Virus record (IMG/VR): IMGVR_UViG_3300037067_009382
Coordinates: 1-64,000 of that record
DNA length: 64,000 bases
Source: a virus
Lineage: Duplodnaviria; Caudoviricetes
Reading direction: 5' to 3' (one strand)
The position numbers and the translations under genes are program-made. Below are positions 16,158-25,805 of this stretch, piece by piece. Each line of letters starts with the position of its first letter. The first letter of the stretch is position 1. Under the pieces are notes generated by a model. The model was not told the DNA's origin and searched no databases. It saw only the letters and a program-made list of their open reading frames with translations.

Positions 16158-18734
16158 TTATACGTGTCCACCCTCGGCTTCGATCTTAGCAACTAGCTCT
16201 GGGCAGTACTCCTTAATCATGTTCTCACCTTCCCATTTATCTGAGATGTATGGGTCGCAGTAGAACGGAACGTCGAAGGACGGATGAGGTTGCCTCTCAA
16301 ACTCTTCCATAAACATGGGCATGAAATCGCGTACCTGATCTTCGCGTACCCAGTCGTTGAGATGAACGTGTACGTGTAGCGTCAAGTGAGCGTCGAATCC
16401 CATCTCGCGAATGCGCCTATCGATAGCGATACACTTGAGGTGGACACAATCGGATGCTCCTCCCTGTACTGGTGTATTGACTGCCTGGCGGTCCATTTCA
16501 CTATAGACTTCGTCCTCGGTCTCAAGTTGTTTGATATCACCAAAGTAATCCTCGGCCTGATGAATGCCTTGCAATCTTCTCCTGCGTCCAAATATGTTCT
16601 CGACGAAACCTTGATCGCGTACGAGTCGGTGCTGATTCTTGATCCATCTATCCAGAATCGGAAACTGCTCGTAGTACTCGGCAATGTATACCTTCGCCTG
16701 ATCCTCAGTAGTAGGATTGTCGGCGGAGCTCATTTCAACAGCCATCGTAGCTGGCCCCATTCCATAAAAGACACCAAAGTTGATGGTCTTGTAGATGCGT
16801 CGAATTGCCTTCGTAATCTTTTCTTTGGGCAACTTTGAGAGCTTTAACGCAACCATCATGTGAACATCAAAACCCCTACCACCATTCTGGAAGCCGTCAA
16901 GCAAGAAGGGCTCTCGCGATAGTACTGCACCCATTCTCAGTTCGACCTGAGAGGCATCTCCTCCACAGTTCTTATAGCCCGGTGTAGCTATGCACATGTG
17001 CCTGAGGTTCTCTTCGCTCGCAGGTAATATAATTGAATCGCCTATCTTGAACTCATCCTTCTTGCTAGGGATGTTATGATAGTTCGGTGACGAAGACAAC
17101 CTACCTGATACTGTGCCTGTTTCTAGTACACCGGGGTAAAACCTATGAGTTTGAGTCTTTTCATCCCACTCGATATTCTTTAGCAGTCCACTCTCACCAT
17201 CTCGCCCATCCAAGTACGTTGTGATGACCTTGTCGTGCTTCCTACAAGCGAGAAGGCTTACGAGCACTGGATTGTTAGGAAACTTGCCTAAGAGGGCGAT
17301 AATGGTATCTGCATCGGTTGAGGGATTCTTCTTCGCTGTCTTTTTGAGTACGGGAAAGCCCAGCTCGTTATATAGCTTCTTCGTCAACTGCTGGAAGGAT
17401 CGATAGTTAAACTCACCAGTGTGCCTCCAGAGTTCAGCTTGCAACAGCTTATGGGCTTCCTTATGTTTAGCGGAAAGATCCTTCATCAAGTCGAGATCGA
17501 TCGCGATTCCTCTATCCTCAAACTTCCTGAGAATAGGTGCAAGTGGCATCGTTATGTTTTCAAAGACCCACTTGACTCCCTCTCCCTGCTGATCGAGTGC
17601 ATCCTTAAGAGTGACGGCACAACGTTTCTCCGAATCGGAATCCTTTCCGTTATACTCCCACAACACCTCATTCTCGTACCACTGAGCAGGGTGCTTCTTG
17701 AAGTCGACCATGCTCTTATGGACGGGCATATCGGTGTAGAATGTCATAATCCACTCAAGATTATGGGGCATATTCTCATCGATCAGGTGATGAGCAAGCA
17801 TCGTATCGAACTTATAATTCGTCGTGGGCATCTGCAGGTCGTGTGAGATCTGGCTAATGTCGAAGTAACCATTTTGGGCTTCCTTCGCCTTCTCACTCTG
17901 CAATATTCTACTGAGCTCGAACATCACTAGATCGTAATCCTCTTTGTTCCAGAAAGCACGAGGTACATCAGGATTGTCTGGGTCGTGTTGCAGTACCGGA
18001 ATTACGTAGGAGTAACCCTCAACTGCACAGAATGATATGCACATAATCCTCGCCTTGCGAGGATTCAATCCCGTCGACTCAATATCAAATGTGAACGAAT
18101 CTACCTTAGAGCTCTTACATAAATACTCAGCGAGCTTATACACTGACTCAACGGTCTTGCAAACAAATACACGACTCGGTACAGGTGGGGCAACTCTATC
18201 CTCATACACCAGCTTAGCGAATCGTATGTCGTGTTCGATAACTGGAATGTATGGCCAATTGCGAACGGCGTATGCTGGGTGGAGGGTTGGCACCAGCTTG
18301 GCATTAAATTGATCGCTCCAGAACTCTTGACAGCGTGCCTTCATAATTCCTATCTTCGGATCGCCCAATGCTTTCCAAGCAATAGTGCCGAGAGGAATGA
18401 TCACTTTCGGTTTGCACTGTTCAATCTCTTCGAGCAGATAGGGTAGACAGTTTTCGATTTCGATTGGCTCTGGTTCTCTGTTCTGAGGAGTGATGCATCG
18501 TAGCAGGTTCGTGATCCTTACCTGACTTCTCCTCCACCCCACGTTCGTAATACATCGGTTGAGAATAAAGCCCGAATCGCCAACCATTGGCTTTCCTTGC
18601 ATATCCTCTTTACGTCCTGGGTTGGTGCCAACGAACATAATGCCACCATGCTCAGTTGGCCCTACACCATTTACAACTTGAAGGCGACAACCAGCAAGTT
18701 GGGCACACTTATTACACGTCTCAGGCGCCGACAA
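16158..18734 (-). CDS. polA: Family A DNA polymerase with N-terminal family-4 UDG-like domain and 3'-5' exonuclease
   Basis: UDG: CxxC..GTNPG..HPAY. Exo I DIE, Exo II NGYFD, Exo III YNGKD. Motif A DASQVELR, motif B KTINFGVFYG. Motif C degenerate (VHVHL). Confidence 0.92.
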   Translation of the reverse strand: MSAPETCNKCAQLAGCRLQVVNGVGPTEHGGIMFVGTNPGRKEDMQGKPMVGDSGFILNRCITNVGWRRSQVRITNLLRCITPQNREPEPIEIENCLPYLLEEIEQCKPKVIIPLGTIAWKALGDPKIGIMKARCQEFWSDQFNAKLVPTLHPAYAVRNWPYIPVIEHDIRFAKLVYEDRVAPPVPSRVFVCKTVESVYKLAEYLCKSSKVDSFTFDIESTGLNPRKARIMCISFCAVEGYSYVIPVLQHDPDNPDVPRAFWNKEDYDLVMFELSRILQSEKAKEAQNGYFDISQISHDLQMPTTNYKFDTMLAHHLIDENMPHNLEWIMTFYTDMPVHKSMVDFKKHPAQWYENEVLWEYNGKDSDSEKRCAVTLKDALDQQGEGVKWVFENITMPLAPILRKFEDRGIAIDLDLMKDLSAKHKEAHKLLQAELWRHTGEFNYRSFQQLTKKLYNELGFPVLKKTAKKNPSTDADTIIALLGKFPNNPVLVSLLACRKHDKVITTYLDGRDGESGLLKNIEWDEKTQTHRFYPGVLETGTVSGRLSSSPNYHNIPSKKDEFKIGDSIILPASEENLRHMCIATPGYKNCGGDASQVELRMGAVLSREPFLLDGFQNGGRGFDVHMMVALKLSKLPKEKITKAIRRIYKTINFGVFYGMGPATMAVEMSSADNPTTEDQAKVYIAEYYEQFPILDRWIKNQHRLVRDQGFVENIFGRRRRLQGIHQAEDYFGDIKQLETEDEVYSEMDRQAVNTPVQGGASDCVHLKCIAIDRRIREMGFDAHLTLHVHVHLNDWVREDQVRDFMPMFMEEFERQPHPSFDVPFYCDPYISDKWEGENMIKEYCPELVAKIEAEGGHV

Positions 18735-19572
18735 TAGTCCACTTCCTTAGTACACCGATATTGTGTACGGCGATATTAAAAGCCTCGAGAGTTAACTCCT
18801 CGTCTGCATCGAGATAGCCCTCGACTCTTTCTCCTTTCCCTGTTAGAGTATTATACCGCTTTCCTGCTTTAGCCAAGCGAATGGGTGCACCTGTATCGAA
18901 GCTCTGAATCGGCATTCCGGGCATCTTAAGGTACTTGCTAATCTCGACCGGATCGACTATCGACATCAAATGAATCTTGATGCTGTCGTCGTACTCCTTA
19001 TGCAGTGAGAGGTTTGCGACGATAGCCTCTCTCATTGGTGCCCACACGTCCTTCTTATCGTGTTCGCAACCGACTCCGAGAGGAAACGCTATCGTCCTAA
19101 CGGGCTTGACTTCTTTATCTTTGGCCCAGGCCTTTTCGTTCTGCTCAAGTGACTTCTCCAACAGATACCGATAGCAGTCAAGAGCCTCGTTAAAGTTCTT
19201 GCCCTGCACTACGAACTGAAAACTGCAATCCCTTAACACCGGATGCCAGTCTTGCATCTTCATCCATTCGATTGCATTCTCGATCGTCTTCTTCGGGTCG
19301 CCAAAAACATCGGGAACGATAACTTCTGTGGGTTGAACCATCCCGATTACAACACACAGATCCTCTAACGTCATTGGTGGCTTCCCACCAGCTTCCCACA
19401 TGCCGTTATCGAGCATGCTCTTACGACCCTTCTGATTCTGGGAGACGTAGTACTCCCTGTAAGCCTTATGGGTCAATACAACTGGTGCGAGTATGAAGTC
19501 GAAGTCGGTCAGTTCTCCAAGCGTCTCGAGGTGTGCTTGAGGTATTTCCAATCCCATTTCAAGCTTTTTCAT
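18721..19572 (-). CDS. dpdA: DpdA-like TGT-fold DNA transglycosylase (7-deazaguanine insertion)
   Basis: MLDNG (TGT DSG-like Asp), IVPDV, VVQG, IHLM, SFDT (second Asp-like); context with folE/queD/queE/queC. Confidence 0.65.
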   Translation of the reverse strand: MKKLEMGLEIPQAHLETLGELTDFDFILAPVVLTHKAYREYYVSQNQKGRKSMLDNGMWEAGGKPPMTLEDLCVVIGMVQPTEVIVPDVFGDPKKTIENAIEWMKMQDWHPVLRDCSFQFVVQGKNFNEALDCYRYLLEKSLEQNEKAWAKDKEVKPVRTIAFPLGVGCEHDKKDVWAPMREAIVANLSLHKEYDDSIKIHLMSIVDPVEISKYLKMPGMPIQSFDTGAPIRLAKAGKRYNTLTGKGERVEGYLDADEELTLEAFNIAVHNIGVLRKWTIVGA

Positions 19573-19700
19573 AATTCTCCTCTTTGTGCATGCACGAGTC
19601 ACACACGGGCTTCCTCCTTATTCGCCAATTGGTATTGCGATTACAAAATACGCACTCCCTTTCGGAATATGCGTAGCTTGCCGTCTCGTTGGTATGAAGC

Positions 19701-20210
19701 CTAAACGGCTTTCTTTCTCGAATAGGCCCCCTTGTAGATAATCTTGCCCTCGTTCTTAAACCCAACGAACTGCGCGAACCTGGAATATCGCTGCACATCA
19801 AAGTCCCTCCAAGGATACACCGGACAAGCGAGAACGTTCTCATAGCCCGGATCGTATACCATTGACATACAAAATATACCGTTACGGATTAACGTTGAAC
19901 GGCCAAAGATCCAACCTGATACGTCCTGAGGTAGTTTGCATGACTCCACATAGTAGGCCATGTAGGGAGTACCTTTCTTGAGGTGATAGTAGTCCTTTCG
20001 CTCTCCCCAACCTAAACCAAGCCTCTGCTCGGTGCAGTTCTTCTTTCCATCCATACGTAACTCACCGGCTCCGGCGAACTCTGCGAAGTAATCAATCCGC
20101 AGGTCGATACCGGAAGGTTGAATTTGTTGATCAGGTAGAATCAATAGCTTACCAGGGTCAACAGTGATGATTCCCTGGTCGTATAGTTGTCTAGGGCTTA
20201 TAATACTCAC
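19701..20210 (-). CDS. dut: Trimeric dUTPase (dCTP deaminase-like fold)
   Basis: IQPSGIDL, GRST, YDPGY, RFAQF; the deaminase Glu after DPG is not evident. Confidence 0.7.
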   Translation of the reverse strand: MSIISPRQLYDQGIITVDPGKLLILPDQQIQPSGIDLRIDYFAEFAGAGELRMDGKKNCTEQRLGLGWGERKDYYHLKKGTPYMAYYVESCKLPQDVSGWIFGRSTLIRNGIFCMSMVYDPGYENVLACPVYPWRDFDVQRYSRFAQFVGFKNEGKIIYKGAYSRKKAV

Positions 20211-20763
20211 GAAATGCCTCCATGGCTAATTTTACGCGATCCATCTCTTTACCACTAATGTTAAAGACCATCGTTCCTGAGATGCGTGCCTCATCGCGGA
20301 GTTCGATCATCATCTCATCGATCTGCTTATGAAACGTCTCCGATGGGTGCCTATCCCAGGGCAGGGCGAACTCGATCGGGATATACAGCAAGAGAGCGCC
20401 CTTGATCTCTTCCTTATAATAATCCTTCAGGAGATCCAGAAACTCCTCGGGCATGGCATTGAAGTTTGAGTACACGAGTTGCCGAGCCATATTGTCTGGA
20501 ATGAGAAGTACGTCGGAGTTGGCTTTACGCAACTCGCTCAGATATATCCGCAACAGAACTAGCTGTGCTTTTATTGCCTGAGATTGAGACTCGAAGATGT
20601 TAAGCTTGTAACCCTTCTTTCTCGCCTCGTCCGCAAAGCCATCAAGCATCTTAATGGATACTTTAGCGTACTTCGGATCCTTTTTGATTTCGTCCATCAT
20701 GTGCTTCGCTAGGGTGGACTTCCCTGTACCGTGCGAGCCCAAAAAGATTACCTTCTTTACCAT
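20191..20763 (-). CDS. P-loop nucleoside monophosphate kinase-like protein
   Basis: Walker A GSHGTGKST; YIPIEF..P.D. Confidence 0.7.
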   Translation of the reverse strand: MVKKVIFLGSHGTGKSTLAKHMMDEIKKDPKYAKVSIKMLDGFADEARKKGYKLNIFESQSQAIKAQLVLLRIYLSELRKANSDVLLIPDNMARQLVYSNFNAMPEEFLDLLKDYYKEEIKGALLLYIPIEFALPWDRHPSETFHKQIDEMMIELRDEARISGTMVFNISGKEMDRVKLAMEAFREYYKP

Positions 20764-20780
20764 CCTGAGTCCCTCCTCAA

Positions 20781-21413
20781 TTAGAATTCCGATTTACGAT
20801 TCATCAACGAGATGAACTCTTGCTTCGCGTGAGGCTCATCTAAAAACACACCTTTGAGAGCAGAGGTCATCATTACCGCATTCTGTTGCTTCACTCCACG
20901 CATTCGCATGCAGAGATGAATGCCCTCCATGATAACGATCACACCTTTCGGTTTAATGCGTTCTTCAATGCAATGGGCAATCTCATCGGTTAACCTTTCC
21001 TGTACCTGTAGTCGTCGCGCATAGACTTCAACCAGGCGAGACAGTTTAGAGATTCCAAGTAAACTCTCCCCCGGAATGTAGCCGATATGTACCCTTCCAT
21101 AAAAAGGAAGCATGTGGTGCTCACACAGCGAGTAAAACTCGATGTCCTTGCACATAATAATCTGATCGTATTTCTCCTTGCCGAATTTGGTTATGAGCTT
21201 GTCAATAACGCTCTCCTGCTCATAACCCAATACGATTTCGTCTAGGTATGCACGAGCAACTCTCGAGGGAGTTGCCTTCAATCCCTCCCGGTCAGGATCT
21301 TCACCGAGAAGCTTCAATAACTCATATACGTGACCCTCTATCAGTTTCTTCCTTTGGCTCTTGTCGATTGATTCCAACGCTATACTCCTTTTCGCTTCGT
21401 TCCGTAAATGCAT
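20781..21413 (-). CDS. folE: GTP cyclohydrolase I
   Basis: TPSRVARAY, SLCEHHMLPFYG, GISKLSR, QVQERLT, HLCMRMRG. Confidence 0.97.
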   Translation of the reverse strand: MHLRNEAKRSIALESIDKSQRKKLIEGHVYELLKLLGEDPDREGLKATPSRVARAYLDEIVLGYEQESVIDKLITKFGKEKYDQIIMCKDIEFYSLCEHHMLPFYGRVHIGYIPGESLLGISKLSRLVEVYARRLQVQERLTDEIAHCIEERIKPKGVIVIMEGIHLCMRMRGVKQQNAVMMTSALKGVFLDEPHAKQEFISLMNRKSEF

Positions 21414-22078
21414 TTGTGCAACTGAAGAGAGTACTTGCCATTGTATGGCCCACTAGCCAATAACTCAGCAGCCATCTCTTGCCACCAGGATTGACCTACT
21501 CTCGGATACTCCTCATCACCCTTCTCTTTCGGAACGGCCCATACTGGTGAGAAGCAGGGTTGGGCTTTACAATTGTACCGAGCAACGATGTGGCGATGAT
21601 GATCAATCGCATACGTTAAGTCTTCCATGTCGGCACAGGCGTAAAGAAGCTCGTCCTGCTCTCGGAGCATCGAATAATTCTCGAAGGCCATCTTATCGCT
21701 CATTCCAGAGCTTGGACACTTAACATCCACAGCGAATGAGACATTGTGACGATCCAGCAAGTCCATAACAGACATAGCGCCGTTCGTCTTAATGGTAAAG
21801 TAGTAGTTGTATGGGGTTAACATATCGACGAGCCCTTGAATGTCCTGAAGATGGAGTAATGGCTCGCCACCGGTAAAGAAGACATGCCGGATCGGTTGAA
21901 GTTCCTTAATTCGAGTGAGCACGTCGCTCAGTCCCCTATCCTCTCCACCCTTCTTTGCGTATTCTGTATCGCACCAGGTACAAGCTAGGTTGCAACCGAT
22001 AGTGCGTACGAAGATTGTCGGATACCCTTGTGTCATCCCCTCACCAGAGTGAGATGCAAAGATTTCGCTTATCTTCAC
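21380..22078 (-). CDS. queE: 7-carboxy-7-deazaguanine synthase (radical SAM)
   Basis: GEG...G.PTIFVRT.GCNLACTWCDT, TGGEPLL, LQLHK. Confidence 0.95.
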   Translation of the reverse strand: MKISEIFASHSGEGMTQGYPTIFVRTIGCNLACTWCDTEYAKKGGEDRGLSDVLTRIKELQPIRHVFFTGGEPLLHLQDIQGLVDMLTPYNYYFTIKTNGAMSVMDLLDRHNVSFAVDVKCPSSGMSDKMAFENYSMLREQDELLYACADMEDLTYAIDHHRHIVARYNCKAQPCFSPVWAVPKEKGDEEYPRVGQSWWQEMAAELLASGPYNGKYSLQLHKCIYGTKRKGV

Positions 22079-22145
22079 CGTTTCCTCTCCTTGCTATAGT
22101 TCGATTTTACCCACGGATTAGATGTGGCTCAATATAATTATACCG

Positions 22146-22550
22146 CTAGACCCGATAGAATTTCACACATGCCTCTGGTGATTCCCAAACGCAACATCTC
22201 GAGAGGTGCATATCACCGGCGGCGTCAGGATGGATGTTTTTGTATGCGAGTATGCGTGGTTCGATCTGGTTAAACAACCACTGACTCAAAAACTCTGCTG
22301 TGGGATTTCGCTCGTTCAGAGTCTCGTTCAGCTGAAAGTGATCCAAGGTACCATCGATGACCTCTTTCATCATCGCTTTTACGTCGGTGAAGTCAATCAG
22401 CATATTCCTCTTATCGAGTGAGGAACCCTCAATGACTATCTCGACGTCCCACCGATGACCATGCTCTCTATTGCACTTTCCATCGTAATCCTTTAGCTGG
22501 TGTGCCGCATCGAAATGCGTCTTATACTGTAACCTATATTTCTCGGCCAT
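22146..22550 (-). CDS. queD: 6-carboxy-5,6,7,8-tetrahydropterin synthase
   Basis: FDAAH.L, C.REHGHRW, DHFQLNE, PTAE, VWESP. Confidence 0.95.
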   Translation of the reverse strand: MAEKYRLQYKTHFDAAHQLKDYDGKCNREHGHRWDVEIVIEGSSLDKRNMLIDFTDVKAMMKEVIDGTLDHFQLNETLNERNPTAEFLSQWLFNQIEPRILAYKNIHPDAAGDMHLSRCCVWESPEACVKFYRV

Positions 22551-22562
22551 TGATTCCCTCCC

Positions 22563-22832
22563 TTATGTAGTCGGTGTAGTCGGTGTAGTCGGTGTCGTGA
22601 CCGCTTTAACTTCATCCTCGGGAATCGCCTTTCTGAAGTAATGTTGTATGATCAAGGCGTTCCAGGATATCAAAGCACCAAGTAGTGCGTCGCAACCTGC
22701 TGATGCAATGACACCAGTTGATGTAGGTGTCTGCATTGTCTTCCAAGTCACCCAGACACAAAATACTGCCCAGATAAACGTTATCGCGAGCAGTAACAAT
22801 GCGTAGAGGTGCTTAAAATTATTGCTCTTCAC
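22563..22832 (-). CDS. Small two-TM membrane protein (holin-like?)
   Basis: Two hydrophobic segments; C-terminal (TPT)n repeat. Confidence 0.55.
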   Translation of the reverse strand: MKSNNFKHLYALLLLAITFIWAVFCVWVTWKTMQTPTSTGVIASAGCDALLGALISWNALIIQHYFRKAIPEDEVKAVTTPTTPTTPTT

Positions 22833-23394
22833 TGATTGCCTCCTTACCCTTTCGTTCTATTCTTTTCTCGGCCTTATCGAGAACGGACACAATTTTATCG
22901 GTAAGTGTATTCAGCTTCGTGTTGTTGTCAAACGTAATGAGGTAACCGTTCGCCTTCAGACGATCCTTAATATAATTCCACATCGTCTGGGCCTTGTCGT
23001 CCGTCGACTTGAATTCCTTTATCAGGTACTTCTTAATCTCGTCGGTTGTACGAGGTTTCTGAAGAAGGAGGTCAACCACGGCCTGGCCTTGTGTGCCCCT
23101 ATTAAATCCATACGAGGTGAGGTTTGGATTCACCCACCGAACGCCTTTCATAGATTCGTCATCCGCGGGGGTGACAGTTGCGCAGATCTGCTGGCACGCA
23201 GTCTTGATTTCGCAGGTAACGCAGTCTTGAGCACCCTGTTCAAATAGATAACCGAAGCAATCATCGTCACCACGGTCTTCCATTTCTTTGGTCTGCAAAA
23301 TAATTCGCGGGATGTCAATCTCGTTGCACGTATTGGCAACGGGTATCTTCATTTCCTTAGCGATCTCACGCAATACGGTAATTCTATCTGCCAT
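22819..23394 (-). CDS. Putative DNA-binding protein with a 4-Cys module and a C-terminal winged-helix-like domain
   Basis: CFGYLFEQGAQDCVTCEIKTAC; SYGF.RGT segment shared with the ORF at 25806. Confidence 0.65.
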   Translation of the reverse strand: MADRITVLREIAKEMKIPVANTCNEIDIPRIILQTKEMEDRGDDDCFGYLFEQGAQDCVTCEIKTACQQICATVTPADDESMKGVRWVNPNLTSYGFNRGTQGQAVVDLLLQKPRTTDEIKKYLIKEFKSTDDKAQTMWNYIKDRLKANGYLITFDNNTKLNTLTDKIVSVLDKAEKRIERKGKEAISEEQ

Positions 23395-23402
23395 CGATTA
23401 TA

Positions 23403-23981
23403 TTATACCTCTTCAAGGGTCTTTATGGTGTCGCGAATTTCATTGCGACATAACTGCACTCGATCGAGTGAAATGTGAAGAATATTAGCAACGTGTTTTT
23501 GCTCGATTCGAGTTCCACCTTGTCCGAGAACCTGTTTTGTTAATTCCTCTCCTGGTTCGATGTAGCACTCCATTACCTGTCGGGCCATTGGTGAGAGTGT
23601 AGCCTGTAACTCCCTATACAATTCCGTCTCAGTAACATCGCGCATATCTGGACTGGGGAGGCAGATGCCAACTTCCTCATCGTCTTCCTCATGATCGGTT
23701 TCGTCGATCGGTATTCCGGAGTTAACCCGCTGGTCGTTATACCACTTCGCCAGAACGTCTTTGATTTCGTTTCTGAGTGAGGTTGTCAAGAAAGTGTTGA
23801 ACGCAACTTTCTTACCCGATTTGAATCCCCTGTACGCTGACATAAATGCCTTGGACATTTGTTGCACCGCATCGTCCCACTCGATTCCGCACTTCTGTGT
23901 TAGCTGTTCAGCGTGCCATTTAATTAGTCCCTCGAATTTAGAGTAAAGCTCGTCTGCGGGTTGTAAAGTGCTATCTGCCAT
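23403..23981 (-). CDS. Phage sigma70-family sigma factor
   Basis: Region 2 pattern (WDDAVQ..F..AY..F...VAFNTFL...LRN) and a C-terminal HTH (region 4). Confidence 0.8.
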   Translation of the reverse strand: MADSTLQPADELYSKFEGLIKWHAEQLTQKCGIEWDDAVQQMSKAFMSAYRGFKSGKKVAFNTFLTTSLRNEIKDVLAKWYNDQRVNSGIPIDETDHEEDDEEVGICLPSPDMRDVTETELYRELQATLSPMARQVMECYIEPGEELTKQVLGQGGTRIEQKHVANILHISLDRVQLCRNEIRDTIKTLEEV

Positions 23982-24016
23982 CGTTTTCCCTCCGTATTCT
24001 GTTTCACTTCTATTAT

Positions 24017-24045
24017 ATAATAAGGTATTTCGGCTAAGATATCAA
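24017..24045 (-). promoter_or_regulatory. Sigma70-type promoter upstream of the sigma gene
   Basis: TTGATA-N17-TATTAT, with a TATAAT 5 bp further downstream. Confidence 0.6.
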
Positions 24046-25031
24046 GCCACCCGAGATACTGGTTTTCTCATCTTCTTTATCAGTTCTTCTAAACTGCCCG
24101 CAAGGCGTACTCTTGACATATACGCATCAAACCCTTCCTCATCTGAGTATGGTGCCCAGCTAAACAGTTGCTTGAGGAACATGGGATCGATTTCGTCTGG
24201 ATCAAGTCCTTCGGGTAACAATACAAAACGCGTCGGAATGAATCGAGCCATTTCCTTCGCGTACTTAATATCCTCTGCGGTTGCGTCGGCATCAAACATA
24301 ATTGAGAGTCGTCTAACTCCCGACTTGAGAATCAGGTGCTTTTGCTCTTCACCTATCTTCTTCCCGAACGCTGCAACGCAATTTTCTCCCACAGCGATTG
24401 CGTCAAAGATTCCCTCAACCAAGACCATCTCATCGAATGTGCGTGCCCTGTCGTAGTTAAATAGATATCGCGAGAACTCCGAACCGATTGGATTCTTATA
24501 CTTCCGCTCGGCAGTCTTCGTTATGTCTCTGGCTTGCCAGCATACGAGTTTTCCGAACATGCGAATCGGAACGATTAGACGCAACATGTACTCCCCAGTA
24601 ATGCAATAACCCATCTCGTATTTCTTGGCTGTTTCCCACGAGATGCCCCTACCGAGCATATAGTTGACGATCCTCTGAGGGTGTCTCTCACTCGGTCCGT
24701 CTAGTAAACAAAAATGTGGAGGGAATTGCCTCTCCACATATTCGAACACGGGTTCTTCATATACCTGCGTCTTCGCGGCTATGTCCAGCCCTAAACGTCT
24801 ATACGCCTCATCGAGCGAGATACCATTGCCATCTGCAACCAGTCGAGGTAGGTTGGGTGAGTAACCACACTTCTTGCAGTTGCCTATCCCCAACTCTACA
24901 TTAAAGTAGAGATGGCTACCGGCGTCACCACAGGCTATGCAATTGACTCTTACCTCTGGACGGTTAGCCCGCTTGAATCCAGCGAACCCACGAAGGATAT
25001 CTTCAGCATTGACCATCGTACCTTCCACCAT
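24042..25031 (-). CDS. DnaG-type DNA primase (Zn finger + TOPRIM)
   Basis: CIACGD...CKKCG; LVEGIFDAI; FDADA; DPDE. Confidence 0.9.
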   Translation of the reverse strand: MVEGTMVNAEDILRGFAGFKRANRPEVRVNCIACGDAGSHLYFNVELGIGNCKKCGYSPNLPRLVADGNGISLDEAYRRLGLDIAAKTQVYEEPVFEYVERQFPPHFCLLDGPSERHPQRIVNYMLGRGISWETAKKYEMGYCITGEYMLRLIVPIRMFGKLVCWQARDITKTAERKYKNPIGSEFSRYLFNYDRARTFDEMVLVEGIFDAIAVGENCVAAFGKKIGEEQKHLILKSGVRRLSIMFDADATAEDIKYAKEMARFIPTRFVLLPEGLDPDEIDPMFLKQLFSWAPYSDEEGFDAYMSRVRLAGSLEELIKKMRKPVSRVA

Positions 25032-25498
25032 AAGCCAAAGAGGTTTTGCCAGTACGCTCTATTACGGTTCGTCCTCGCGTGACATGAAGGACAGAGCGAG
25101 ACTAAATTTTCTTCGGCTAAATTTGTCTTGTCGTAATCGACGTGATGCACATCAAGAGGGTGTATACATTCCGATTGGGGCATACCACAGATCTGACATC
25201 GATGACCGTCACGAGTCCTGATTCGTTCTTTCAACTCCTCGTTAAACTCTAAAGGCCATGGGGCATTTGACAGTCCACCACACCACTGAGGAGATTCGTT
25301 TCCACGTAACGCATTAGCGTTCATCCGTGAAATCATATCCTCGGCTAGTTCGGGATCGTTCCACCTAGCAAGAGCGAGCGAGCGATTAGCATCAACCTTC
25401 TCGGGTTGAAGTTGCGTTTGCCTTATCTGCTCGTTCCTCTCCCTAGGCCACCGATAACCCTTAGATGGTCCCGGTTTCTTTCCGTGATCAACGTACAT
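24950..25498 (-). CDS. HNH endonuclease (free-standing, homing-type)
   Basis: RDGHRCQICG...LDVHHVDYDKTN...NLVSLCPSCHARTN. Confidence 0.9.
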   Translation of the reverse strand: MYVDHGKKPGPSKGYRWPRERNEQIRQTQLQPEKVDANRSLALARWNDPELAEDMISRMNANALRGNESPQWCGGLSNAPWPLEFNEELKERIRTRDGHRCQICGMPQSECIHPLDVHHVDYDKTNLAEENLVSLCPSCHARTNRNRAYWQNLFGLWWKVRWSMLKISFVGSLDSSGLTVQR

Positions 25499-25787
25499 TA
25501 AAGTTAATCCCATTCCTTTGGAGCCACCGAGTTTGCTCTAATACTATTTTCAAATCGGGAGCGAAGTGGCCATCACGTACTATCTTTCCTGCTTGTGCCG
25601 ACGTTAACTTGTCGTCTCTGACAGCCAGTAATAAATCCTTAAGGGCGTTTTCCCTATCCAATGGACGGGTTGCGCCCTTAATCTTATCGATCCACTCTTT
25701 GACCTCATTTCCCTCGGTCTCATCGATTAGTGTTGCCTCTTGAACCGAACGACTATTATGGTCATATAACCTTGAAGACTTGCCCAT
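25488..25787 (-). CDS. Hypothetical protein
   Basis: GAGGAGGG RBS; 99 aa. Confidence 0.65.
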   Translation of the reverse strand: MGKSSRLYDHNSRSVQEATLIDETEGNEVKEWIDKIKGATRPLDRENALKDLLLAVRDDKLTSAQAGKIVRDGHFAPDLKIVLEQTRWLQRNGINFNVR

Positions 25788-25805
25788 GGTGTCCCTCCTC
25801 TCTGT

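Noticed and set aside
19559-19843. CxxC..CxxC ORF overlapping dut; possible TAG read-through or recoding
   Set aside because: No clear start or RBS, and all other genes translate cleanly in the standard code, so recoding is unsupported.
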